Shown: positions 8,610 through 17,225 of the stretch, piece after piece
Layout: each line of letters opens with the position of its first letter
Position numbering within the stretch: the first letter of the stretch is position 1
From: Candidatus Multivoradales bacterium
GTDB lineage: Bacteria > Acidobacteriota > Thermoanaerobaculia > Multivoradales > Multivoraceae
NCBI GenBank assembly: GCA_965223325.1
Contig: CBDCWI010000002.1
Location: 3,264,001-3,328,000, forward strand
Direction: 5' to 3'
Length of the DNA: 64,000 nt
Made by a program: the position numbers and the translations under genes
The notes under the pieces: model-generated
Databases searched by the model: none
The model's input: only the letters and a program-made list of their open reading frames with translations
Told to the model about the DNA's origin: nothing

Positions 8610-9598
8610 ACGTCCAAGCCCGCGGCACGCCGCGCGGCAACCGGGTCCTGGCCACAGGCCTGACCCTCCTGACGCTGGGATGGGTGTTTGCGACCGCAAC
8701 GTTCGCTGACGGCGCTCTGCTCTCCGTCCACCTGCCAGACGGCAGCACGGCGACAACTTCGGTCGACCTGGACATCGAAGGGGACTTCACGGCCGAGATG
8801 TTCTCGCTTGCCGATCCACCACGCTTCATCCTCGATCTCGTTGGAACCACCGGACGTTCCGCGACCCTGCCCGTTGGAACTGCCCAGGTCCTCCGCGTCC
8901 GGACCGCGCAGTACCGCACCGATCCACCGGTCGTACGCCTGGTCTTTGATCTGGCCTATCCCACGACTCCGACCCTCGAGCCGCGAAAGGGAGGCCTCCG
9001 GGTCCGTTTTCCACCCGGACCAACGCAGATCACCGAAGCGCAAGGCCAAGCGACCCAAGAGCCCTTGCCAATCGTAGAAACCAAACCAGACGAAGCCGAC
9101 GAGAACCTGGACCCCCCCTTACCGTTGATCGAAGTGGGCGCCGGGGTCGCCGTCACTCCGCCCCTGCGGCCGGCTTCCGCCGCAGACGAGCTGGCCACCC
9201 CAGAGATCCGAGAGGCAGAGATCGCGGCCAACAACGCCGAGCCCGGCAAGCCCGAGTCGGCCGAGCAGGTTTCGATGGACCCCCCAGGCGAGCCGTCGCC
9301 GACCGAAGCCTCCTCCTCTGGAGCCGACGAGGAGATCGCCACCGAGGCTGCTCATTCGCCACGCGAAGTGGCACGGCCCACGCTCAGCCCGGTGGTCGGC
9401 CCGGCGGCAACACCAGTGACGCCCGCGGAGCGGGTGCCGGGCCTCGTTCTGGTACTCAAGGACGGCCAGCGCATGCACCTGCGCGAGCCCTGGAGACACG
9501 ACGGCCGTCGCATTCTCTTCACCACCAAGAGCGGTATCTTCTCTTCAATCCGCACCGGTGAGGTTGACATCGAGGCCAGCAGCACCAGCCCGCCCTAG
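8606..9598 (+). CDS. AMIN-domain exported protein with a C-terminal copy of the unnamed domain
   Basis: FSLADPPRFILDL and VRTAQY...VVRLVFDL AMIN signatures; Pro/Glu-rich linker; GTGA overlap with the upstream stop. Confidence 0.8.
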   Translation: MNVQARGTPRGNRVLATGLTLLTLGWVFATATFADGALLSVHLPDGSTATTSVDLDIEGDFTAEMFSLADPPRFILDLVGTTGRSATLPVGTAQVLRVRTAQYRTDPPVVRLVFDLAYPTTPTLEPRKGGLRVRFPPGPTQITEAQGQATQEPLPIVETKPDEADENLDPPLPLIEVGAGVAVTPPLRPASAADELATPEIREAEIAANNAEPGKPESAEQVSMDPPGEPSPTEASSSGADEEIATEAAHSPREVARPTLSPVVGPAATPVTPAERVPGLVLVLKDGQRMHLREPWRHDGRRILFTTKSGIFSSIRTGEVDIEASSTSPP

Positions 9599-9607
9599 CC
9601 GACCTCG

Positions 9608-10975
9608 TCAGCTGGTCGAGTCGCTTCCGGCGGCATCCTGCCAGGCGCCGAACACCGCCGCCCCCGTCGCCGGCCAGTTGAACCGCTTCGCTCGCTCGGG
9701 CCCCAGCTCGGCCAGACGCATCAACGTCCGATCGTCGGCGAGCAGCTTCCTGAGGCCCTGCTCGAGAGCGTCTACATCGTCGGGCTGGACGTAGGCCGCC
9801 GCATCCCCAGCAACCTCACGCAGGACCGGAATGTCACTCGCCAGAAGCGGGGCACCCACCAGCATCGCCTCGAGCGCCGGGAGCCCGAAGCCTTCGTAGA
9901 CCGACGGCACGGCGACCAGTTGAGCGTGGCGATAGAGCGTCGGAACCAGAGCCGCGTCGGCGTAACCGAGGTGGATGAGCCAGCCCTCGTCCTGGCCCGC
10001 GGCGATGGCGCTCTCGATCTCAGCAGTCTTCCAACCCAGGCGCCCACAGAGAATCAAGCCACACGCCAACGAGGTCGATTGCAACCGCCGCATGGCCTCG
10101 ATCAGAAGTTCGACACGCTTGCGTGGCTCGATCGTTCCGACGTGCAACACGTAGCGTTCGGGAATCGACTCCGGTAGCGGCGCCGACGCCTCGACATCCA
10201 TTCCGGCTGCAAGATGGACGGTGCGCACTCTCTCAGCAGGCGCAAGTCCATCCTCGATGAGCTCGCGGCGCACGGCTTCGCTGTCGGTCATGATCACCGC
10301 CGCCTTCCTCGTCGTGCGCTCGAGGTGGCGGGTCAACTCGGCCAGGGTCTCAGCGCGCAACGTTTCGGGGAAACGTCTGAAGCCGAGGTCGTGGATCGTT
10401 GCCACCAACGGTCCGCCGGCAAAACGCAGCCGGCCGGGCAGAAAGTAGTTGGGTGCAAAGCGCACCTTGTTGCGATCGGATCGCACCAGCCAGGCTGCGA
10501 GTAGCGGTCTGAGTCTTCCGACCAGAATGGCCAGCGGAGCGACCTCGCTCTTGAGTTCGTAGGTGACGTGTTCGATCGCTGGACCGCTCGGTACAACCAC
10601 GACCGGCTGCTGCTCTTCGCCCATATTGATCAAATCGGGCCCATAGAGCCGAATGCTGAGATCTCGCCGATCGGCGAGTTCTTCGATCAGCCGGAAGAGA
10701 TACCAGCCGATGCCGGTCAGTGGCTCCCAGAAGGCCGAGATGTCAATGGCCACCGTCAGGCGCTTCTCCTCCGCCCGCTCGCGCGCCGCGAGCCGGGCGC
10801 ACCGCCACCAACGCCAACCGGCAGGCAGGCTCCCTGGATGACGGACCAGGGCCAGCGGCAGAGCAAAGAGAAGATCGAAGGCGCGCCGCATGCGCCGCGC
10901 CAAGGGCAAGAGTCCCAGCGAGGCGAGGGCGCGCTTGAGGCCCGACTCGGGGACCGGCTCTGGGTTGGAGGGCAT
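9608..10975 (-). CDS. GT4 (GT-B fold) glycosyltransferase
   Basis: LTGIGWY, TIHDL, VGTIEPRK, PSVYEGFGLPALEAM, SDIPVLREV. Confidence 0.92.
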   Translation of the reverse strand: MPSNPEPVPESGLKRALASLGLLPLARRMRRAFDLLFALPLALVRHPGSLPAGWRWWRCARLAARERAEEKRLTVAIDISAFWEPLTGIGWYLFRLIEELADRRDLSIRLYGPDLINMGEEQQPVVVVPSGPAIEHVTYELKSEVAPLAILVGRLRPLLAAWLVRSDRNKVRFAPNYFLPGRLRFAGGPLVATIHDLGFRRFPETLRAETLAELTRHLERTTRKAAVIMTDSEAVRRELIEDGLAPAERVRTVHLAAGMDVEASAPLPESIPERYVLHVGTIEPRKRVELLIEAMRRLQSTSLACGLILCGRLGWKTAEIESAIAAGQDEGWLIHLGYADAALVPTLYRHAQLVAVPSVYEGFGLPALEAMLVGAPLLASDIPVLREVAGDAAAYVQPDDVDALEQGLRKLLADDRTLMRLAELGPERAKRFNWPATGAAVFGAWQDAAGSDSTS

Positions 10976-11026
10976 GAAAGCTAGTTCGAGGTCAAGGTGA
11001 CGGCCGCTCTGGCAACCGCTGCAGCG

Positions 11027-12388
11027 CTAGTCCTTGCGATACCGCGGAAAACCTTCGAGGTGGTGCTCCTTGACGCGTCGCAAGACGGTCCTGTAGCTGA
11101 CACCGAGCAACTGCGCTGCTGCCTTCTTGTCACCATCAGTCTCACGGAGTGCCTCCCGCAACACCTCGCGGTCGTCTTTCTCGGCCAGCGGCTCGATCAG
11201 CGCTTCGATGTCGGAGCGTTCGATGACGTTGCCCGGCGTCAGAATGACGGCGCGCTCGAGTACATTGGCCAACTGCCTGATGTTGCCCGGCCATTTTTCT
11301 TCGCAGAGAAGCGCAATCGCCCCCTCGGAGAGTCGCACCCGCTCCTCGTGCTCAGGGGCCGCGCCCTCTTTGGCCGACCGCTGTCGTGCACTTCGTTGTT
11401 TCGCAGCCAAGCGCTCGAGCAGATAGTCGCACAGGAGCGGCACGTCAGAGGCGCGCTCGCGGAGCGCCGGTAGCTCGATCGGGAAGACGTTGAGTCGATA
11501 GAAGAGATCCGAGCGGAACCCTCCCGCTTCCACCATCCCTTCGAGGTCCCGGTTGGTCGCCGCCACCAGGCGGACGTCGGCGGTTCGCGTTCGGCCGCCG
11601 CCGACCCGCTGAAACGTTCGATCCTCGAGTACGCGAAGGACCTTCGCCTGAACAGCCAGGTTGAGCTCACCGATCTCATCGAGGAGAAGCGTCCCGCCCT
11701 CGGCTTCCTCGAATCGACCGGTCTGCCGGCTGCTGGCGCCGGTAAAGGCGCCCTTTTCGTGCCCAAACAACTCATTCTCGATCAGGCTCTCCGGAATCGC
11801 CGCGCAGTTGAGCGCCACAAACGGACCCTCGCTTCGGGCCGAGAGCCCGTGGACAGCACGGGCGAAAAGCTCCTTGCCGGTGCCGCTTTCACCCAGGAGC
11901 AGCACCGTGCTGTCGACCGGAGCGACGCGTTCGACCAGCCGAATGGCGGCACGCAGTCGTGGATGGCGACCGATGATCAGAGGGCCGCCCGGCACCGAGA
12001 GGCCCGGCCGGACATCAGGGGTATCGCCGGTGAGTTCCGGCACCATGCGAAGGAGGTCATCGATTTCGACCGGCTTCTCCAGAAAGTTGGTCGCGCCGCG
12101 CTTCATTGCCTCGACCGCGACCGAGACCTCGCCAAAAGCGGTCATCACGACCACCGGAGTGTGCGGATTCGTCTGCCGCACCGCATCCAGGACGTCGAGG
12201 CCCGTGGCATCGGGCAGCTTGAGATCGGTCAGCACGATGTCGAACGCACAGCCCTCGAGCATCGACAGCGCCTCGCGCACGGTCTCTGCGGCCTGTACCT
12301 CGTGCCCCTCTGCCGACAGCGCGCGCTCGATCAGGCGCCGCAGGCTCCCCCGGTCCTCGACCACCAGGACGCTGCGGGGAGTTGTCAT
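11027..12388 (-). CDS. sigma54-dependent response regulator (PilR/NtrC/AtoC-like)
   Basis: REC domain (VVED, LTDLKLPD), GESGTGKE, GAFTGA, LLDEIG, WPGNIRQL, Fis-type HTH; ATG overlaps the selA stop (ATGA). Confidence 0.93.
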   Translation of the reverse strand: MTTPRSVLVVEDRGSLRRLIERALSAEGHEVQAAETVREALSMLEGCAFDIVLTDLKLPDATGLDVLDAVRQTNPHTPVVVMTAFGEVSVAVEAMKRGATNFLEKPVEIDDLLRMVPELTGDTPDVRPGLSVPGGPLIIGRHPRLRAAIRLVERVAPVDSTVLLLGESGTGKELFARAVHGLSARSEGPFVALNCAAIPESLIENELFGHEKGAFTGASSRQTGRFEEAEGGTLLLDEIGELNLAVQAKVLRVLEDRTFQRVGGGRTRTADVRLVAATNRDLEGMVEAGGFRSDLFYRLNVFPIELPALRERASDVPLLCDYLLERLAAKQRSARQRSAKEGAAPEHEERVRLSEGAIALLCEEKWPGNIRQLANVLERAVILTPGNVIERSDIEALIEPLAEKDDREVLREALRETDGDKKAAAQLLGVSYRTVLRRVKEHHLEGFPRYRKD

Positions 12389-13950
12389 GAACCCTCGCCC
12401 GCACAGAGGGCCCACGCAACGGCAGCGACCAGGGCATCGTCGTCCGCTGGATCGACGGTGCGCAGGTCGAGGATCAATCGCCCCTCCCGCAGGTAACCGA
12501 CCACCGGCGTCGGGCCGAGCCTGAGCCGCCGCGCCAGACGCTCACCGCCGTCGACCGCCAGCGCTTCGCCAGGTATCGGGACTTCGGGCAGAGCGCCACC
12601 ACCGACGAATGCCTCAGCGGCGATCGGCTGCACCACGAGACCCGCCGCGCGCAAACCGCTGGCGACGCGCTCGAGGCGTTCTGAGTGGAGACGCGCATCG
12701 GGCCACAAACCGTCAATCGGCATGGCATCTCCCGCCAGGCGGGCCCGCAGGACTGCCTCGAGCGCGGCCAGGGCCGTGCGGTCCGGCCGCAAGGCTCGAT
12801 AGAGAGGGTTCCTCTCGAGTCGCTCGATCAGACGACGGTCACCGACCAGGAGGCCTGCCTGTGGCCCCCCGAGCAACTTGTCGCCGCTTCCACAGACCAG
12901 ATCGGCTCCGGCGATCAAGTGTTCGCGCACGCTTTCGTGGGTCTCGAACTCAGGCCGCTTCGAGGGGCGCAACAAGCCGGCTCCCTCGTCCACGAGAAGG
13001 ACGACCCCCGACTCGCGGCTGAGGGCAGCGAGCTCCGCGGTTGTGGTCTCTTCGACGAAGCCGGTGATGCGGTAGTTGCTCGGGTGCACCTTGAGAATGA
13101 GGCCGGTGTTCTCGCCGAGAGCATCGCGAAAGTCCGCGATGCGCGTGCGGTTGGTCGTTCCGACCTCGACCAGCCTGGTCCCCGCCGCCTCGAGGATCGC
13201 CGGCACCCTGAACGATCCCCCGATCTCGACCAACTCGCCTCGCGAAACCAGAACCTCTCGGCCTCGCGCCAGAGTGTTGAGCGCGAGCACCAGGGCGGCA
13301 GCGTTGTTGTTGACGACCAGCCCCCTCTCGGCACCGGTCAGAGCCGTCAGAAGCGCATCGGAACGCCGGTTTCGCTGCCCGCGGGTCCCGCGCTCGAGGT
13401 CGAGCTCGAGGTCGCAACTTGCGTTCAGGAGAGGCGGAAGTGAAGCGGCAACGGCACGCGGCAGCGGAGCGCGGCCGAGATTGGTGTGCAGGAGGATGCC
13501 CGTAGCGTTGATCACCCGGCGGAGAGTCGCACCGAGACCGGCTTCGAAGTGGGCCTCGAGCAGGCCCTCGAGGTGGCCCTCCAGATCGTCGCTGGGAGCC
13601 TCTTCCAGGCCCTCGATGCCCCCCTCGCGCAGGCCTTCGAGCAGCACGCGGAGCTGGCTCGAAACCGCGTCCCTTCCATATAATTGGACCAGGCTCGCCA
13701 CTGCGGGCCGGTTCAGGATACGCCCCACCGCCGGAAGGGCACGCCGTTTGTCGACGCTCGAGCTGGAGGCGGCCGCGGGGGATTCCTGGCCGGTCGGCGG
13801 AGAAAGCCCTCGCCCCGCCTCTTGACCCTCCCCATCGCTCGTACCTCCCGCAGCTGCCCCGGCCGCCCGCTCTCCGACTGGCGATCTGGTGGGGGAGCCT
13901 CCAGGAGCGCGGGAGTCTGCAAGTTGCTTCCGATCGGCTTTCTCAGTCAC
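12385..13950 (-). CDS. selA: L-seryl-tRNA(Sec) selenium transferase (start uncertain)
   Basis: VINATGILLHTNLGRAPL, VNNNAAA, SRGELVEIGGSFR, EVGTTNRT, KVHPSNY, PLP motif SGDKLLGGPQAG. Confidence 0.95.
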   Translation of the reverse strand: MTEKADRKQLADSRAPGGSPTRSPVGERAAGAAAGGTSDGEGQEAGRGLSPPTGQESPAAASSSSVDKRRALPAVGRILNRPAVASLVQLYGRDAVSSQLRVLLEGLREGGIEGLEEAPSDDLEGHLEGLLEAHFEAGLGATLRRVINATGILLHTNLGRAPLPRAVAASLPPLLNASCDLELDLERGTRGQRNRRSDALLTALTGAERGLVVNNNAAALVLALNTLARGREVLVSRGELVEIGGSFRVPAILEAAGTRLVEVGTTNRTRIADFRDALGENTGLILKVHPSNYRITGFVEETTTAELAALSRESGVVLLVDEGAGLLRPSKRPEFETHESVREHLIAGADLVCGSGDKLLGGPQAGLLVGDRRLIERLERNPLYRALRPDRTALAALEAVLRARLAGDAMPIDGLWPDARLHSERLERVASGLRAAGLVVQPIAAEAFVGGGALPEVPIPGEALAVDGGERLARRLRLGPTPVVGYLREGRLILDLRTVDPADDDALVAAVAWALCAGEGS

Positions 13951-14040
13951 CAGGAAAGTCTAGTACCCGCGGACGATCGAGGCGCTCCTCTTGACCCGTT
14001 TCCTTCTCCTTCTTTCTGATCTCCGACCCCAAAGGCCATC

Positions 14041-14580
14041 ATGAGAACGAACCCCAACCTCGACAACCTCGAGCGCGACATCCAGAAGCTGAAGCTCGAG
14101 TTCGACCGCTACTTCAACGGCGCCATCGATCTGCCGCCCTTCGAGCAGGTCGAGCGCCTGAAGACGCAGATCCGGACCCAGCGGAACACGGTCAAGACCT
14201 CGATCGACAAGTTCCGCCTGACGGGTTTGGAGGCGAAGTTCAACTCGTTCAACGAGATGTTCTCCCGCCGGGTACGCAATATCGAAGAAGGGCGGACGCA
14301 GAGGCCCCGCAAAGGGGACGCTCAGCCGCGCATGGACGTACAAGATGGTGTGATGGTCTCCGGCCGGATCGACGAGGCCTCGGCCGCAGCGATCTACCAG
14401 GGCCTCTACTCCGGTACCGCGAAAGCCGCCAAGATCGATCTCGGCAAGTTCCGTGGCTACCTCGATCAGCAAGCGAAGACAATCCGCCAGAAGACCGGCT
14501 GCCAGCAGGTGCAGTTCCGGGTCTCGAACGAAGGTGGTCAGCTAAAACTGAAAGCCAAGCCGATCAAGCGATCCAGCTGA
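14041..14580 (+). CDS. MXAN_5187 C-terminal-domain-like protein
   Basis: LKLEFDRYFNG..DLPP, KFR...L..KF..F...RRVRNIEEG and C-terminal VQFRV..EGGQLKLKA patterns; high-expression-like codon usage. Confidence 0.7.
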   Translation: MRTNPNLDNLERDIQKLKLEFDRYFNGAIDLPPFEQVERLKTQIRTQRNTVKTSIDKFRLTGLEAKFNSFNEMFSRRVRNIEEGRTQRPRKGDAQPRMDVQDGVMVSGRIDEASAAAIYQGLYSGTAKAAKIDLGKFRGYLDQQAKTIRQKTGCQQVQFRVSNEGGQLKLKAKPIKRSS

Positions 14581-14614
14581 AATCTCCGAACGCCCCTACC
14601 CCAGAAAGAAGCCC

Positions 14615-15781
14615 ATGAAGCGCAACGTCAAAACGCCACGCTCCCCTCTCTCCAAGACCTCGGTCGCGCGCGGCACGCTTGCCGTTCTCGTCCTGCTCGC
14701 CGCCACCCTCGTCACCCTGGTTGCCGGGGCGGGTGAGTTGCCCGAGGAGCGTCTCGAGGAAGCGCTCGCTGCCCAGTACGACCTCATCACCTCGAACCCG
14801 GGGGACGCCGACCTGCACAGCGACCTGGGCAACCTGCTCGAGCTCTCGGGGCGTGCCGACGCGGCAGCCAACGCCTACCGCGTCGCGATTTCGCTCGATC
14901 CAACCCACATCACGGCTCACTACAACCTGGCGCTGCTCGAGCACTCTCGCGGCGAGCTACGCCAGGCGCGAGAGTTGTACGAGAGCGTCGTTGAACACGA
15001 GCCCGCGCACGCCTGGGCGCACTACCAGCTCGGTCGGCTGGCAGAAACGCGCGGCAAGGACGCCGAAGCAGTGGCGCACTACGGACGTGCCTTCACGCTC
15101 AACTCCGATCTCGCGTTTGCCGACACCAACCCTCACGTCCTCGACAACGCCCTGGTCACCGAAGCGCTCCTCGCGACCCAGGCCACGGTGCCCTCCGACG
15201 ACGCACCGCGGATCTACAAACAACCGACGCGCATCGGTGCGATTCTCGCGCCCCGTCCTGTTGACCCGGAGCCCGACGCCAGAAGCGACAGCTCGCCAAC
15301 TCCCGCTGCCACAACAACCGCCGGCGGCGGCTTCGGCGGCGTCACTACGCCGCACACTGACGAGCCCGAAAGCACGACGTTGCGTACTGACGGCGGGCGA
15401 GTACCGCGCTCCCGCAGCGCCCGACCGCCGGGAGCATCTCCAAGATCCCCAGCGCGCCGAGCGGACGGGTCGGAAGATGACCGCACACTGAGCGGCGACG
15501 ACCTGCGCGATCTGGGGCGCATCAACCAGGCCGAAGACACCAACGGCACCAGCGCGGTGGGAACCAGGCGTCAGAACGTCACCTCTCCGCGCCGACCGCG
15601 CGGCGCCACTGCACCGGCACCTCGCCTGCCGCAGCCGGTCTTGACTCCCCAGCCCCAACCGTCGCCGGATAGCGCCCCTCCGACGGGTGGCCGCTTCCGC
15701 CCTGGTAGTCGCTCGAGCGCACAGCTCGACCTCGAGGTCGTGCCGTTGGCGACCCCTCGCGATCAGGCACGCAGGTCCTAG
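14615..15781 (+). CDS. Exported TPR protein with disordered Pro/Arg-rich C-terminus
   Basis: TM/signal segment; TPR repeats (AHYNLALL, AHYQLGRL). Confidence 0.8.
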   Translation: MKRNVKTPRSPLSKTSVARGTLAVLVLLAATLVTLVAGAGELPEERLEEALAAQYDLITSNPGDADLHSDLGNLLELSGRADAAANAYRVAISLDPTHITAHYNLALLEHSRGELRQARELYESVVEHEPAHAWAHYQLGRLAETRGKDAEAVAHYGRAFTLNSDLAFADTNPHVLDNALVTEALLATQATVPSDDAPRIYKQPTRIGAILAPRPVDPEPDARSDSSPTPAATTTAGGGFGGVTTPHTDEPESTTLRTDGGRVPRSRSARPPGASPRSPARRADGSEDDRTLSGDDLRDLGRINQAEDTNGTSAVGTRRQNVTSPRRPRGATAPAPRLPQPVLTPQPQPSPDSAPPTGGRFRPGSRSSAQLDLEVVPLATPRDQARRS

Positions 15782-15809
15782 CACGAACGCGCCGTCACCC
15801 AGGTGCCTG

Positions 15810-17225
15810 TCACTCTGGCAACAGGGCGATCGCCGCGACCCGGGTGGTCGGGGCGCCCACCGTTCCTGGAGTGGCTGGAAAGGTGAGGTCACGAGCAATC
15901 GCCTCGATCCCCCTCAGGAGATCAGTGAGGGGCATCGCGAGCCGCGCACGGCGGAAGGGAATCGGGGGTTCCTGCGCTCGCAGCTCGAACCCTGAGACGA
16001 GCCCACTGACCTGCCCACTCGACCAGTCGAGCGCCAGCCCCTCACAGGTGAGCAAGTAGGCGCCTTCGCCCATGCCCTCGATGAGTTCCGCTGGCGCGCG
16101 GGCGCTGGGAGCGAGGTAGAGATGGCTCGCACCGATCTCCGGTTGGGTCCGCCACGAGTGCCGCAGCCGGCACCCGCTGACGACGGAACCGTCACGAACT
16201 TCCTCCGGGGCACACCACCAGGGCAAGAGGGGCTGGCGGAGCACGCCGCGTTCGACCATCGCAACCCGGCGGGTTGGCACACCTTCGCCATCGGCCGCGG
16301 CTTCGAACAAACCACCCACGAAACGCCCGTCGTCGGTGATGTTGGTGACCTCGCTCGCCAGTCCACCATCGCCCGACCACGAGAGCAGCCGGCGCCAGGT
16401 CGACCCGCGGCGACCTTCACAAAAGGCCGGTAACAGAAGCCCCAGGACCGCCGCGGCAACCGAAGGAGCGAGTGTTGCAGGACCACGAAACGCGGTCTCG
16501 AGCGCCGGCGCCGCGGCCAGGCGCGCGAGATCCAGGAGGCGATTGGCCAGCGACTCGGCGCGCCAACGGCGCGGCTCACGTGACACTTCCTCGAGCTCGA
16601 CCGGGCACCAGTGCCCATCTGCACCTTGGCAGGCGATAGAGACGCGTAACCAGGCCGAGCGATGGGACGACGCTGTGCGCACACCCTTCGAGCTGGTGAG
16701 AAACGACGAACTCGCACCGTCGTCGACGCGGGCGGTCAGAAAGCGCACGCCCTCGACTTCACCGTCGACGACACGCTGGGCGACGGCACGCAGGAGACCG
16801 AAGGCCTCAGCCTCACCGAGAGGCTGAGCGTAGGCCGGAGCGCCCGAGGTCGACCCGCTGGGGCCAAGGTCGCCGAGCTCCGGCAGTCGCAGCGGAGTTC
16901 CCGCCGTTTCGATCGGCAGACTTCCCGGGAGAGGAGGAGCACCGCCACCACAAACGAAGGTCGACCCACGATGATCCCCGGCCCGCACTGCCCACCCCTC
17001 CTCGGCCGCGGTGTGCGAAAGGAGAGCGAACGTTGCGTTGGCTCCGGGAGCACTCTCCGTAGCCACCGGGTTGCCGCGAACCGCATCGAGCTCCCACCGC
17101 TTGAGGCGGCCGACCTTGCAAAACACCTCGACCGCATCGAGACCTCTTCCCGACAGGTCCTCGAGGAGGGTTTCTGCGCGACCCGCTGACCGTTCGAGAT
17201 CGGCGCCCTTTTCTGGTCCAGTCAA
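15810..17225 (-). CDS. pmbA: PmbA/TldE-family protein (divergent)
   Basis: DGEGVPTRRVAMVERGVL, SGQVSGLVSGF, GTVGAPT; no HExxxH; TTG start at 17225 overlaps the tldD stop. Confidence 0.75.
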   Translation of the reverse strand: MTGPEKGADLERSAGRAETLLEDLSGRGLDAVEVFCKVGRLKRWELDAVRGNPVATESAPGANATFALLSHTAAEEGWAVRAGDHRGSTFVCGGGAPPLPGSLPIETAGTPLRLPELGDLGPSGSTSGAPAYAQPLGEAEAFGLLRAVAQRVVDGEVEGVRFLTARVDDGASSSFLTSSKGVRTASSHRSAWLRVSIACQGADGHWCPVELEEVSREPRRWRAESLANRLLDLARLAAAPALETAFRGPATLAPSVAAAVLGLLLPAFCEGRRGSTWRRLLSWSGDGGLASEVTNITDDGRFVGGLFEAAADGEGVPTRRVAMVERGVLRQPLLPWWCAPEEVRDGSVVSGCRLRHSWRTQPEIGASHLYLAPSARAPAELIEGMGEGAYLLTCEGLALDWSSGQVSGLVSGFELRAQEPPIPFRRARLAMPLTDLLRGIEAIARDLTFPATPGTVGAPTTRVAAIALLPE

